Positions 1 to 14,800 of a DNA stretch of 64,000 bases are shown here, piece after piece. Every line of letters begins with the position of its first letter. Position 1 is the first letter of the stretch. The notes under the pieces were generated by a model, which saw only the letters and a program-made list of their open reading frames with translations, was not told the DNA's origin and did not search any database. The position numbers and the translations under genes were made by a program. Origin of the DNA: Bilabrum cf. latius (lineage: Eukaryota); the NCBI GenBank assembly GCA_965178125.1, contig OZ237767.1:682001-746000 (forward strand), in the 5' to 3' direction.

Positions 1-1
1 G

Positions 2-3000
2 GTGCACGAGCTCACTAGACAGTTCTGCGATCGGCTGACCAACGCGGGAGACCAGGACAAATTCCGCAAGATCGTGGACGACCAGGCGGGCAAGCAGCTC
101 GGCACATTCTGGGGCGAGATCGTGCAGGGGGTCGAGCACCCCGAGCAAGGGCCCGTGTACACGTATCTGGACGGTGAGGGCAACCTGGACGGCTACATGG
201 AGGCCAAGGACCTGGATCGGCTCAAGGCGCGTCTGCTGGACGAGCTGCAGGACTACAACGACGTGCCCAAGAACCTGGGAATGAACCTCGTCCTGTTCAG
301 GGATGCGGTGCGGCACATTGCAAGGATCCATCGAGTGCTGGCCACGCCCCGAGGCAACGCCATGCTCATCGGAGTGGGAGGCTCTGGCCGACAGAGTCTC
401 ACCCGGCTGGCTGCGCACATCACGCAGGTGCACAACGGGAAGCCCATGGAAGTTTTCCAGATCGAGATCACGAAGCACTACGGGTCACGGGAGTTCCACG
501 ACGACCTCAAGGCCCTCTACGAAAAGGCCGGGCAGGAGGGCGTCCCGACTGTGTTTTTGTTCTCTGACACGCAGCTGAAGGAGGAATCATTCCTAGAAGA
601 CATCAACAACATCCTCAGCAGCGGAGAGGTGCCGAACCTCTTCGACAAGGACGAGAAGACGGCCATCAACGACGTCATGCGCTCGCTGCTCAAGCAGAAC
701 CCCTCCTTCGAGGACACCGCAGAGGACCTCTGGAGCCTGTTCGTGTCCAGGGTGCGGGACAATCTGCACGTTGTGCTGGCCATGAGCCCCATCGGAGACG
801 GGTTCCGGGACCGTACGAGGATGTACCCGTCGCTGGTGGCGTGCACCACCATGGACTGGTTTCACGAGTGGCCCAAGGAGGCCCTGGAGGAGGTGGCGGC
901 CAGTTTCCTCGCCGACACGAGAATTCTTGAGGTCAGTGATGAGCCAATTGAGGCTTCCGCGGGTGGAGCGGACGCTGGGAAGGGCGCCCCCCCGCCTGGC
1001 GTGGCGGCCGGCAGCTCCCTGGCGGAGGACGAGGACCCAGAGGCCGGCCTCAAGCGGGAGATCGCGGCCCTGTTCGCAGTGGCGCATCGGAGCGTGGCGC
1101 GGGCCAGCGACCGCATGATGCTGGAGCTGCGCCGCAAGAACTACGTGACACCCAGCAACTACCTCGAGCTAGTCAAGGTGTACTCCAGCCTGCTCGACGA
1201 GAAGCGGGCCGAGGTGGGCTCGATGCGGAACAAGCTGGCAGGCGGGCTAGAGAAGCTGGACCACTCGCGCGCGCAGGTGGAGGTTAAGAAGGAGGAGCTG
1301 GAGGTGGCCTCGAAGGAGGTGGAGGTGAAGAGCGCGGAGGTGGAGGAGCTCATGGTGGAGATCGCCACCAAGACGAGGCAGGCCAAAGCCAGGGAGGAGG
1401 ACGTCAACAAGGACGCCGAGAGGATCGGGGAGGAGGAGAAGGTCTGCAGGGCCATCGCACAGGACGCGGAGAAGGACCTGAACGAGGCAATGCCCATGCT
1501 GGAGCGGGCGCTGGCAGAGGTGGACAAGCTGGACAAGGCCGCAGTGACGGAGGTTAAGGGATATGCGCAGCCGCCTGAGCTGGTGCAGCTGACTCTCAAG
1601 CCGGTGATGATCCTGTTCGGCCGCCCGACTGACTGGGCTTCTTGCAAGAGCAAGCTAAGCGAGTCCGATTTCCTGATCCAGGTCAAGAACTTCGACAAGG
1701 AGGCCGTGTCTGAGAAGACCCTCAATAAGCTGCAGAAGTACATCAACAACCAGCTCTTCGTCCCGGACGTGGTAGCGTCCAAGTCAAAGGCCGCCGGTGC
1801 GCTGTGCAGCTGGGTGCGCGCGATCGACACGTTTGCCAAGGTCAGCAAGGAGGTTGAGCCCAAGCGCCTCAAGATGAGGGAGGCCATGCGGGAGCTCAAG
1901 ACCAAGCAGAAAGCCTTGGCGGAGGCACAGGCAGAGCTGGCTGCCATCAACGCGCAGCTGGGCGAACTCAGGAAGAAGCATGAGGAGCAGGCCGCAGCCA
2001 AGGATGAGCTAGAGAAGAAGGCCACGGAGCTCGCCATCACCCTTGACAGGGCGGAGAGGGTGGTGTCCGGCCTGGGTGGAGAGAAGGAGCGGTGGACCAA
2101 GAGCATCAAGGACTACGAGGCCGCCATGTCCAACTTGCCCGGGGATGTTCTAATCGCAGCCGCCTTCCTTTCGTACGCAGGCCCCTTCGACACGTCCTAC
2201 CGCGCGACCCTGGTGGGCGAATGGCTCGAGGCCACGAGGGGCAGCACCGTGCCCTTTTCGGAGAACTTCAGCTTCACCCGGTTCCTGGCCAAGCCGACGG
2301 ACGTGCGGGACTGGAACATCCAAGGGCTTCCCGCGGACGACTTCAGCACTGAGAACGGCGTGATCGTGACGAGGTGCAGCCGATGGCCCCTGATGATTGA
2401 CCCGCAGGGACAGGCCAACCGGTGGATCAAGAACCTCGAGTCCAAGCGCGGGCTGCGCGTGACGGACCTCAAGGAGAAGGACTTCCTCAAGAAACTCGAG
2501 ACCGCCATCGCCTTCGGAGAGCCCTACCTGCTGCAAGACGTCGAGGAGGAGCTGGACCCTGCCCTGGAGCCGGTGCTGGCCAAGGCCATCGTAGTCCGCG
2601 GCAGCCGCAAGACCATCAAGCTGGGTGACAAAGAGCTCGACTACAGCGATGACTTCAAGCTGTACATCACCACGAAGCTGGCGAACCCGCACTACACGCC
2701 GGAGGTGTCTACCAAGACCACGATCGCTAATTTCTCAGTGAAGCAGGACGGCTTAGAGGCCCAGTTGCTGAGCGTGGTGTGCGTGATGGAGCAGGAAAAG
2801 CTGGAGAAGAAGAAGAATGATCTAGTAATCAGCGTGGCTCGCGGGCGGCGCACCATGGTGGAGCTAGAGGACAAGATCCTGGGACTGCTGGCGAACGCCA
2901 AGGGGTCATTGATCGACGACAGCAGCCTCGTTGAGACTCTCGAAGCCTCCAAGAAGACGTCCGAGGAAGTCTCTGAGCAGATCAAGGTGGCTGTCGAGAC

Positions 3001-5650
3001 GGAGCGATCCATCGATCTCACCCGAGAGGGGTATCGCCCGGTGGCGCACATCGCCTCGCTTCTGTACTTTGTGCTGTCTGACCTGTCCACGGTCGACCCC
3101 ATGTACATGTTCTCGCTTGACGCATACGCCGACCTGTTCAGGATCAGCATCCTCAAGTCGCGCGAGGAGCAGAAGGCAGCCAAGCAGAGCTCGCTGGATG
3201 CCATATCGGAGGAGGCTGGTGGCGAGGCCGCGCTGCTGGCCGCTCGCATCGCCGCCATCAACAAGTGCCACATGTACAGCGTGTACGAGTATGCCTGCCG
3301 GGCTCTCTTCGAGCGACACAAGCTGCTGCTGTCCATGCGCATGTGCGCCCGGGTTCTGATGGACCAGGGCAAGCTGCCTCGCACCGAGTGGATGTTCTTC
3401 CTTAAGGGTGGGGTTGTCATGGACCGGTCAGAGCAGACGCCGAACCCGGCGGCGGACTGGCTGGACGCTGACCTGTGGGACAACATCACCGAGGCGGAGA
3501 AGGCCATGGAGTCGTTGCATGGGCTGGCTGGGTCCTTTGACGGGGCGCTCGACGAGTGGAAGCAGTGGTACATGACCTCGGCTCCGGAGGAAGAGCCGCT
3601 GCCCGGCGACTGGGGCTCGAGACTAAGCGATTTCCAGCGGCTCGTGCTCATCCGCTGCATCAGGCCAGACAGGGTTGTGCGCGCGGTGACCGGCTTCGTC
3701 TCTAAAAAGCTCGACAAGAAGTTCACCGAACCTCCTGCCTTCGACTTGAAGCGTGTGTTCCAGTCGTCGAATTCGAGGACCCCGCTCGTGTTCGTGCTGT
3801 CGCCGGGCGTGGATCCGACCAGGGAGCTGGTCAACTTCGCGCAGGCCGAGAATGCATCCATCGAATACTGTTCCCTGGGCCAGGGCCAGTCCCCGATCGC
3901 CGAGCGGATGATCCGAGACGCCCTGACGAGCGGTGGGTGGGTGTTCCTTCAGAACTGTCACTTGTCGATCAGCTGGATGCCCGGTCTAGAGAAGATCGTC
4001 GAGCGCTTCTGCAACGCCAAGGACGGGGAGAAGGGGGCCCCACATCCCAAGTTCCGGCTGTGGCTCAGCTCCAAGCCGCATCCCAAGTTCCCGATCACCA
4101 TCCTGCAGCGGGGGCTCAAGATGACCACGGAGCCGCCGAGGGGCCTGCGGGCCAACATGACGAGGCTGTACAACATCGTCGACCCGGCCGATTTCCGCAG
4201 GCGCGCCGCGAGGGCCCCCGGCAATTCGTACCGCCGCCTGCTCTTCTCCCTTTGCTGGTTCCATTCCATCCTGCTGGAGAGGCGCAAGTTCAAGTCGCTG
4301 GGGTGGAACATTCCGTACGGCTTCAACAACGCGGACTTTGCCATCTGCCACGACATTTTGGACCAGTATCTCACGCGGTATCCCGATCGCACTCCCTGGG
4401 AGGCCCTTCGGTACCTCATCGCGGAGGCGAACTACGGCGGGCGCATCACGGACGACTTGGACAGGAGGCTGGCGATCGTGTATGTGAACCAGTTCTTCAA
4501 CCAGGAGGTGCTCGACACGCCGAACTATGTGCTGGCCCCCGATGCACCCGAGTACCACACGCCCGACGATGGCAATTACGACGAGTACAAGCAATTCATC
4601 GCCAAGCTGCCGCCCAATGATCCGCCGGCCGCCTTCGGGCAGCACTCCAATGCCGATATCCAGTCGGCCCGCGAGGACACTCGCGACATGCTGAGCACGC
4701 TGCTGGGCCTGCAGCCGCGTGCGGTCAACACGGGGGGCATGTCGGACGAGGACAGGGTACTGGAGCTAGCACGGGACATCGAACGGCAACTGCCCGCCAC
4801 CATTGACGTGGAGTGGGCCCGCCAGCAGCTGGCCAGCCGGTCGGACCCTGCTCCGCTCAAGGTGGTGCTGTACCAAGAGATCGACCGGTACAATGGGCTC
4901 CTCAGGCGCATGCAGGCGACGCTGAAGGGGTTGCAGCAGGGCATTCAGGGCCTGGTTGTGATCACGGAGGAATTGGAACAGGTGTTCGCGGCGCTGCTGA
5001 GCGGGAGCGTGCCCGAGGCGTGGTCGTTCTGCTATCCCTCGCTGAAGCCACTGGGTCCTTGGACCAGCGATTTGTAGCGCCGGGTGGAGCAAATCCGTGG
5101 ATGGGCCGGGGACCAGATGCCGGTGGTGTTCTGGCTCAGCGGGTTCACCTACCCGACTTCTTTCTTTACCGCGCTGCTGCAGACTCACGCACGCGCCCAC
5201 ACGGTGGCAATCAACCAGCTCGATTTCGAGTACGTGGTAAGCGGTACGGACGAGTCGTCTGACGACGACATGGGCATGGGCCTTGGCGCTGGAGCCGGAG
5301 GTGTCGACGACGAGGAGTAGCAGCGTCCAGAAACGGGAGCGCTACTCAGCGGCATGTATTTGGAAGGAGCTCGGTGGGACCATGAGGAGGGTGCCTTGGA
5401 AGAACCGGATCCCATGGAGCTCGTGTGTCCGATGCCGACTATCCATTTCAGACCCATCGAGTTCAAGCCCGGGCAGCAGATCCGTGCGTCATCCAGCGAG
5501 TACGAATGCCCTCTGTACTTGTATCCGGTGCGTACGGGAACAAGGGAGCGGCCTAGCTTCATGAGGCTTGTGAGGTTGCAGTCTGGCGAGCAATCCCCCG
5601 ACTTTTGGATCAAGCGAGGCACGGCTTTGCTGCTTTCTCTTGCAACGTGA
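2..5650 (+). CDS. DNAH2: Axonemal inner-arm dynein heavy chain, DNAH2-like (I1/f beta), 5'-truncated; 2 in-frame TAGs read as sense
   Basis: AAA4 P-loop GVGGSGRQSLTRLA, stalk, [42 protein letters not shown]. The frame continues through TAG 5075-5077 (WTSDL*RRVEQ) and TAG 5318-5320 into GMYLEGARWD...WIKRGTALLLSLAT-TGA. The subtype is assigned from the recalled DNAH2-type C-terminus. Confidence 0.9.
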
Positions 5651-5862
5651 CTTTAAGTACGAATGATTTGGATTTTACCCAGAAACTAGACATATCCAAA
5701 CGATTACTAACATTGCATCGCCCACAGACAAAACCAGTTCGAATCCAAGTCTATTAGATCTAGTAACCAACAGATTAAGAATTTGCTTGTAGAGTTGCTG
5801 CCACAACTTTAATGCCCAGGCTACCACTGCCACAGTAGCCTACAGGTAGATATACCACTCGC

Positions 5863-8800
5863 TTACACAGCCCACTTTGTTCCAGACACCACGTCACCGA
5901 CTGAGCCAAACCGCAGCAGCACTACCGCCGCAAGCAAGTTGACCAGCACAATAGTCCAAGCCCAATTCCATATCGCAATCCGGGGGTGCTCATATGCCAG
6001 CTGTTCAGGAACTGCTCGTCCACAGCAAACAACGACCCAAGCATACCATAGATACCACCACATCAGCCCACAGCACGAACCACGGCGAGCCGAAAGCTTG
6101 GCACCGTGCGCAAATGCTTCCCCGAGTGACCCTGCCTGTCCAGCTGGAATACCGTCTAATGCCCCAGTCCAAGTCTCAGCGCCGCGATCTGCAGCCTTGC
6201 CGAGGACGAACTGAAGGCCAACCGACAGTAGGGACCAGCCGCCCCAAAAGTTGAGGCGAGCACAAGGGTCAAAGTGGCAGCACGTGCGACAGCAGCAGCA
6301 GCAACCCGTCTGCTCCTGTGTAGGGTCATCGTGTGACGCGCCTCCATTGTAAACTGGACTTGCTGGCGCGCTTTCAGCTAATACGGAATGCCTGTCGAAA
6401 GGGTCGTGCAAGGCCCGACTAGGTGCATCCGCTGGACTGAGGTGCTTGTTCAACCGCCTGGACTGCGCTGCGACCTCCCTCTCGTCATCCTAGGCCTCAT
6501 GCGCAAATAGGCCATCGTCCTGGTCGCCGGTCTTGGCTGTTTCGTACGCGCACAGGCACAGTGCCCGCTGCAGCCCGTCATACCACCTGCGAGCCTAATT
6601 TTCCCTGCAGCAGCAAGGCGGTAGAATGCTGCAGCAGGTGAGCTACCTGCGCCAGTTCCGCTCAAAATCCTTCAGCATCGAGTTTTGTCCTACAGGCCCT
6701 AAATCTGCTGGAATTTGCCCCTGACGCCGATTACCAGTGCGCGGCTGCAAGTTACTCGCCCTGCGCAGCTCGCCGCCGTCATTGCTGCACCGTACAGTGC
6801 TCGAGGCACCTGGGCAAATGTAGTGGGCTGCGATGGCGTGGGACCGCACGCCAGATATGCCGCATGAAAATGCGTTGAGAAGGTTAATCAGCGCGTTATG
6901 ACCCCCCTACAGAGGAAGCCCATCGCTCTCCTGCACCGCCCAGGGGTCAAATGCTGGCTGCCACGGGTGCTCGCTGTTGTCTTGTTCAGCCCCCCGGGTC
7001 TGAGCAGCCGTCGACTCAGATGTCGTTGAGCGGTCACCATGTACTTCGGTGATGGAGACTGCGTCTCTTTGGAAATGCAGTCCCACCCAGCAAAATGGCC
7101 ACGGCAGCACCATAAACCCTTCGTTCAGCCTCCGAGAGAAGGAGTGCTCCAGCCGAATGAACTCATCCCCGCCGCACCAGCAGGCCGCGCACCTCCGCGA
7201 CCAATTCACCAGCTGTCCCGAGCGGCGATCACCGTCGGCATCTTGCTCTGCTCCACAACGGCAGCAGGGAAGGCAACCAATCGTGAAAGCAGCGAGAGTA
7301 TGGATCATGATGGCACACCCACGGCGCAGCAGCATACGAGGGTACGGCCCCCCACAAGAGGCGCCCGGAGACAGCCGCACTAGTGGATGGGTAGCAAGAA
7401 GCATCCATGCATACGATACGTGCTCCACAGGATCGGCCAGCTGGTGCTGACCCAGCAGCGAGCTTTCGCTGCTCAAAGGTGCGTGCTAGGTGGCAGGATC
7501 CAGATCCAGCAGCTGCCTGTAGCTTGCCTCCATTGCGGCCATATCAGCCAAGGACACTCCGGCAGCTGGGTCAACGACGTTCCCACCCGCCCGGTCATCA
7601 TCGCTTACGTCACCGTCCGTGGCGGGCAGTTCGTCTCTGCCTCGACGATGCCGGCGGCCTTGACCGTGACGGGTCTGTGGACCGTGTCGCGAGCTCCCTC
7701 GCCTTCCTGCACTGCGTCCCCTGCTGGTGCTGGTGCTACGGGAACGCGTTGAGGTGGTCCCGTGGTCCGCACCGCCAGCAGAACGACCTGTCCGCAAGCT
7801 AGATTGCTATTCATGCTCTGGTGCAGGAGCCACGGAGCCCATTCTGTTGCCCGATGACGTGCGCTGGAACCTATCCTCCCGCCGGAGCTGCTGTGCGGAT
7901 CGCACGACCATGCCGTCGCTGTCCGAGTCGGACGCCCCGTGCACCGTCCCGTAGGCCCCTTGATCCGATGACTAATCCGAAGGCGAAGCGCTTCCGGGGG
8001 CCAGCTCGGCTGCCAGCTAATTGTGGCGACGGGCGGGCGAGCCCCCGCTCCGCCTCATGCGAGCACCCTATTCGGGAGTCTGTTCATCAAACCCGTCCAT
8101 TTCGTCCGGGATGTTTCTGCCTCGATTGAGCCAGCCCTCTAGGGCGGCGTGTCGTGCAGCTAGTACGAGCGCTGCAAGCCTCGCGTTGTGAAGGGATACG
8201 TAGCAGCAGTTGCGTACAAACACTCCGATGAGCTGTAGAATAGGTGCCCCTAGCGGAGATGACCACAACCAGCACAGTCGATCCCCGCAGCAAGCTCGCC
8301 CCTTTGAAGCGCAGCATCCCATGCCGGAAAACCGCAGGCACCGAACGCACCAAGAAGACGCCGACTCATCAGGAATCTCGTCCAGATCCCCCTCCTCATT
8401 CGAAATCGACACCTACCGCCGTATGAAGCGACCCCAAATCTCCTCGCGGGTATACTGGTCGCGGGGCGGACCCACGGCGCACAGCTCTGAGCAGCAGCCG
8501 TGTCTCACCAAATCTTCTTCCGATTGCCGTGCCACGCGCTCCCACAGAGACACAGCCGCGGCCCAGCGCCGCGCAATGTGCATCTGTGCTCGCGAAACCT
8601 CGGCTCTCTCCGCATCAGCGCGGTAAGAAGGGTGCTGCGCCCCGCGCCACGACTCGTACACGCCCATTCCCGCCCACGCACGGTCAAGCATGCCCGTACC
8701 GTACTGCCCCACCAGAGCGCCCCCGCTCTTAAGTCGGCTGCCGACACCTGGCACTGCGCCAGTTGCAGTGTAGCAGAATGGCCAGCAGCCGCAGCATCCA

Positions 8801-11800
8801 CGCTGCATAAGCTGGCACAGCAGCATCAGCACAAGGCCGTTCTATGTTTCGAGCCTCTAGCCGCCTGGATGCTCTCGTGCTTGGAACGCGAAGGCAGGGG
8901 AAGCACATGCACACAGAGCTAGCCAGGCAAGGAGCAGCGCCCCCACTCCTGCCAAACCTGCGGCCATGGACAGCAGCGAGATGTCGCTGTCGCCATCCAA
9001 AGCATCCTACCCCAGCATAAGACTCGCAACTGGAGCGGACGACGTGGCATTTATGAAAGGGTGCTAAGCCAGATCAGAGCTCGCATTGCCGCCTGCCACG
9101 AGGCCGTCTCTCCAAGCACTGCCCAGGGGGGAGAAGCTCGCCGCGCTGCCAACAGCGAATGCCCCACTCGCGGAAGCGTCTACCTCATTCCAGCCTGAAG
9201 TTGCTGCGATAAGCCCCCCGAGGATCACACCAGCTCCACCCGATATAACGCCAATAAGCCCGAGCACCCCGAAGACAAGCTGGGACACGTGCGCCTGCGC
9301 CGCTAGTGCTAACCACCCCCGCACAACCACAGCGTGATCCATGGCCTCCTTGGCCACAATGTGCACTTCCTCCATGCTCTCACGCACCGCATCCAGGTCT
9401 GCAAGCAGTCGCTCCGCGGGCTCGTCGTCTGCCCTTCCCCCAGGCCTGTCAGGGGTCCGGGCCACCCCAGCCTCATCAAGGAAGGCAAGCGCGTCCAAGT
9501 TTTCGCTAGCCATACGCCGCACATCACCCACTGTGACTATTGGACCGCGCTACACTCCATTTCTGCCGTTGGTTCGGCCCTCGTCCGCTGCAATGCGCGC
9601 CTACCTTCGCACGTCTGCGATGTGAAGCCTTCGGGCTCGAGCCAAGGCGCGCTTTTGCTTGACTTCGTCCGGGGACTGGCCGAACACACTGTCGCTAGAG
9701 ATGCTCATGCTGGAGGACTGGGTCCCATCCTGGGAGCGGCCCTGGTTGATCACGATGCGCCCAACCCAGTAGCTTGCACCCAGAGGCACTGGTAGAGACC
9801 GCTTGAGGGGGGCATACCCGCGGATCGGAGCTGCAAGCGCTGCAGTCACGGTGTTTGTTGCATCTACTATGGGGAGGCGCCGAGCGATCGGCTCCGCACC
9901 AGTCCACGCAGACCCACAGGAGCCTGCACCAGACCCTCCGCAGCCAGCCAGCTCTTCGGCAGGAGGCACCTGCGGCCACCTTGACTTACCTGAGCTGGGC
10001 AGGGCCAGTCCGCGACAGGCCACCACGTAACCCTGCCTTGCCGCCAAGATGCTAAGCTCCCAGGCAGCCATGCGGGTGCGCAGAGCTAGGGCACGCCGCA
10101 GGTACCGTAGCAGTGCAGTGGCCGCCCATGCACCGTATCCTCCACTTGTTTGACCCAACCACGGCCACTTTCCCCCGTCGTTCCTGCGCAGCCACTCTGG
10201 CACGGACGCTGGTCGCATGCAGTCGAGTCGGGATGGCGGCCTGGGGACCCGCATCGACAGGTCTGCTACCCCGCCCTACCTAGCCTGCTCCCGCTCCCTC
10301 TGCATGCGGCTCTCGTACTCCTTCCGTGCCTTATTAAGCAGCCTGTGCTACTTCTTAATCTCGAGGTACACGGAACTTAGGGCCCGCCCCGAGCGGCGCG
10401 CCCACCTGCGGGCGGAAGCAAGCGTTGGCCACGCGTCGTTCTCTGCAGCAAACGCGGCCCGAACGACTGGTTGCTTGGCCAGGGTGGTCGCGGCGTGGTC
10501 GTCCTCGAGCAGAATGGCCACAGCATCGGAGGGGTCTGGCACAACTGCGCCGTTGTGCATCGGAAACAGCCAGTATCCCCATAGTGGGATCAACAGCGCG
10601 GGTGGGATCAAGTCTGAGAGAGGATGCAGCACCGAGGGGCCTGGGATGGGCGTAGGTAGGCCGCCCAGCGCGTCTCGAGGGCTCAGGCGTGTTTCAAAGA
10701 GCCCACCGCGCCCCGCACCAGCCGTCACCTACTCACCGCTACCAGCTCCGCGTCGCCTGGAGGACCTGCTGCCGTGTCCCGCGCGCGATGTGCCTGACTC
10801 GCCTGGCTCCCACCTGCCCTCGCTCTCGTCTGACCCAGAGGCAGGACCGTGCCTGCGCGAGCTGTCTCGCCTCCCATGGCTTGTGTTTCTGCGGGACAAG
10901 TGCCTTGCCACCGGGGGCAGGCAGCACCCTGTCGTTGAGGCGCAGCACGTCATCACGGCCTCAACGTCCTTGGCTACATCCACCTCTTGTTGCGATCGAG
11001 GCCCTCCCCCCGAGGCACAATCTTCAACGCCTCTCCACACCTGTGAGGGCAGCGTGCAGCAACACCACAGCGCAACGCATCCTGCGGTTGCATCGGATAT
11101 ATCGGCGCAAGGCTTGCAGTATGCGGCAGCTTCTCCGTGCCACGCAACGGCGCGCGAGTGTCGATCCACCATCCACCGGTGGTACCACGGGTGCATGGGC
11201 TGCAGATGAGCCTGCGGCAGCCCTCCCCTCGGCGATATACGCACGGGAGACGGACTTGTGAGCGTCGGCGGGAACGCATGTCGGCGGTACATGGGCGGCT
11301 AACAGCCGTTGCACCCGATGTGCTTGCCTGGTCTCGCAATGGTCCGAGTACCTCCGGCAGCTGAGTCATGCTCAGAGTCTGTGTTGGGTGAAGACCCCAC
11401 CGGTCGGTAGGCTGAAACACAGCAGTCACACCTGTAGCATGCCCCTGGCTTGCAGATGCACTCGGCCACCACTGTACATGTCGGCCTGCAGCAGGCTGAT
11501 AGGCACCCGCATCCAGACATACATGACATCATCAACCAGTGCAGACCAGCAGCTCTGTAGCAGCACCAGCATGTCGAGCAAGAGGTACGTGTCAGACAAG
11601 CAAGCAGCGCCAGGCACACGTGCACCAGCCCGGCCAGCAGGCGCCAGATCCACCACGCGCCACACATCCAGGCTGGGCAATTCGCCCAGCAACACACCTG
11701 CGGTGTGGGCACGCGAAGCACTTGGCCATCTACCACGCATGCGGCACACTACCCACGCACCCTTGCGTACCTCTACTGCTTGGAGGCCTACCCCATATCA

Positions 11801-14800
11801 CGAGCCTCGTCCCTGTGCCGCACTTCAGCGACATCGGCAGCTCCAGCGGTGCACGGATCGCACGCCGAGTCCCAGAGTTGTCGCACCTCGAGCATGTAGT
11901 CAGCCGCTAGCCATGCGCATGAACCACACGTTCCAAGGGGCGCTTCGTGCTGTAGGTCTGCTGGGCGGTTCTCAGCAGTTGCGTCTGCCTACTAATCCAT
12001 TCCCCTTGGCAGAGCGAGCCTAGGTGTGCCGGTCGCACCCTCCAGCACAGGATTCGTGCTCCAGCCCTCGACAGGGAACCCTCCAGGAGGGACGGGCGCA
12101 GGCACGGCGAGCGGCCTTCTCGTGATAGGCAGCGACACAGGGCCCGCGTCCAGGACGCCGGAGAGCTCCGCATCTCTCGCAGCGGCACCGGCCTCAATCC
12201 CCTCTCTGGGCGTAGGCTCCCCTGCCAGCATGGTGGATGCAATCGATCTGAGCGACAGAAGCAAGGGTGGACCTTTCAGGATCTGAGACTCCGGGTGTTG
12301 AGGGGTGCTCGAACCCGCCTGCAGTGGAAGTGACCTGCGGACGGCAGCCGCAGCGCCCTTGTCATCTAGCACGCAAGCCACCAGCCTGCACAGAGATGAG
12401 CACCACTCAGGCCGCACTGCACCCGTAGCAATGCTACGCAGCTGCGCCCTGCAGCGCTACACGGCCGCATGTCTTGCCATGATAGCGACTGCTCTAAGCG
12501 ATATGGCGCCAGGTGAAGGGATGCAGGAGCGCGGCGAGCAAGCTGCGCACAGCCCACTTGGCCCTGAGGCATCCAATCCCCACTCTGTACCCATCCAGAT
12601 GATTGCCAAGAAGAGCCCTCCAACACACACCACGCCCTCTAGTCGATTCATCTGCAGGCCATTCAGCAGCTCGGACACGCTGGCAGCGGCGGCCATGCAC
12701 GTAAAGAGCACTGCAAATGACGGGAGCGCAGTTGCATACACTCGGGCTGGCGAAGCCGCGAATGGGTCAAAGAGCCAAACACCTGCCTGCCGCCGCCTGA
12801 AGCGCTGCTTGGCCTCTCGCTTGAGCCTGGCTACCTGCTATCTTGCGCCTCCTACCCTGCTTGCTTCACTCGTGGAACTGGTGGATACCTCTGACCCCGG
12901 CGTGGCTGGAGTGGAGTGTCTCCCAGGCGCGAGAGAAGGACCCCCCATGTGCCTGGCTAGCTGCGCTAGCCTGGCAGTCTTCCTATCTTCTAGTACCTGG
13001 ATGCACGCGGCACTGGCCTCTGTACCTGAAATAGGTGGCACCAGCAGTGAGGCTGCCACCGCGAAGGCACGTGGAGCTGACGATAGCAGGAGTGCCCAAA
13101 AAACTGCCATAACAGCAATGCCGGTGCACATCGACAGAACAAGCTCCTTAGAGGCATCTGTCCACGTTTCAGGCAGTTCGAGTGGATGCCCCGTAGCGTC
13201 AAAGGACAAGTGCTGCCCCATGAGCAGCTGGCAGATAACCTGCCCCAGTCTCCAAGCTAGCCTCGGGGCCAGCAGCGAGTCCGTGAGAACGACAGACAAT
13301 AAGAGAGCCGTGAACCAAGCCAGCACATGCAGGATCACCATACTGCAAGACATGCAGGCGCGCTCCCCTAAGCGAGGGGCTAAACCGCGGGCAAGGCTAG
13401 CTCGCAGCACGTATCCACCCAAGCTACCCTCTTGCTGCCAGTTGCCCTTCGGTCGCTGTCGGTGCTGCTCCTCTGACCACTCCACCAACAACTGCCGCAG
13501 CGCTCCATCGCTAGGCTCCGACCGATCGCTTTGTACGGACAGCGCGCTGGCCACGGAGTTGGACCGACTTCCGCGATGGGCGCCCCTCCGCTTGTGCTCT
13601 TCGATGGGCACCAGCGCAGATCCGGTGAATGGAGCAGCAAGCCTCGAGGTAGAAGTCGAGGACAAGGATGCATCGGCGCTGCTGTTGCTGCCCCAACTAT
13701 CCAGTGCGGACCGGGATGCACCACCACCGGCTGCAGTCGCAGCGAGCAGAGCTGCGGCTGCCGGGGCACTGCGGCGGGCCAGTCGCGCGACCTTGGCCTG
13801 CAAAACGGCATTCTGAGGATTGCCACCAGGGCCCGTGAGCCCAGAACCTCCCGGTTTGTACTCCCTCAATGGCCTCTTCCTCACGGTAGGAGGCCCGGGG
13901 GCAGCTCCCGCCTGTGCCTCGGACGCATCCTCAAACTCGAGATGGGCCGCAGAGTCCAGCGTGCCATCCATGCCGTCGTCCGCATCCGGGTCTATGGAAG
14001 ATCGTGCACCCCTGCCGTTGCGACCAGACCCCTGCAACGGGCCTCGGATAACTCGCTGCACGATGGCCCTCGCGATGGCCTCACGACCCCGCCGCCCCTC
14101 AGCGGGCTAGTATCCAGTGCCCAGCAATTGCGGAGGGATGCGCGTCACTTGTGCAGCCTGGTCAGCGGTTATTATGGTGCGGGACACATCGCCATTTGGA
14201 TGCAGTTCTAGCGTGCCTGGCCTTCCCTACTCGTACAGATCCGCCACTCGGCCCTTTGGCAGCCAGGACGCGCACACGCGCACGCGGGGCGGCATGGAGG
14301 CTCGGTGCCTGCGAGGAGGCTCGGATAGTGAACCGCTATCGCCGGCCGAAGCTGCACCTCGGTACTGTTCGCTGCCTTTGGTCTCTGCATCGTCGTCGCT
14401 GTCGTCCCTTTGTCGACCTGACGGTGAGATGGGGGGAAGTTGCAAGCGAGATGCACCACGTCCACCGCTAGCTGCGAGCTCCGCGGACGCTGAGCCAGCT
14501 GACTGCAGACGTCGGCTGTCTGCCCGTCCATACCCCGTCCCATGATCCCACAGCTCGTGCTAGCGTACCTGTCTCTCCTCGGACAGCGCCGCCAGCACAT
14601 GCATGGCCTCCATCTCCATGCGATCCCTGTGGCCCTCGTCCACTGTGACCTCGGACCCGGCCTCACTCCTCGCCTCGCTGCTGAGGGCACCAGACGAAAA
14701 GTACCCGCTGCCGCTGTACGTGCTGGAGCCCGCTGCATTTGGCACCCCACGGGCTTGCGCCAGGGTCTGTTGGTGCTCTAGGAGCGGAAACCTCTGTCCC

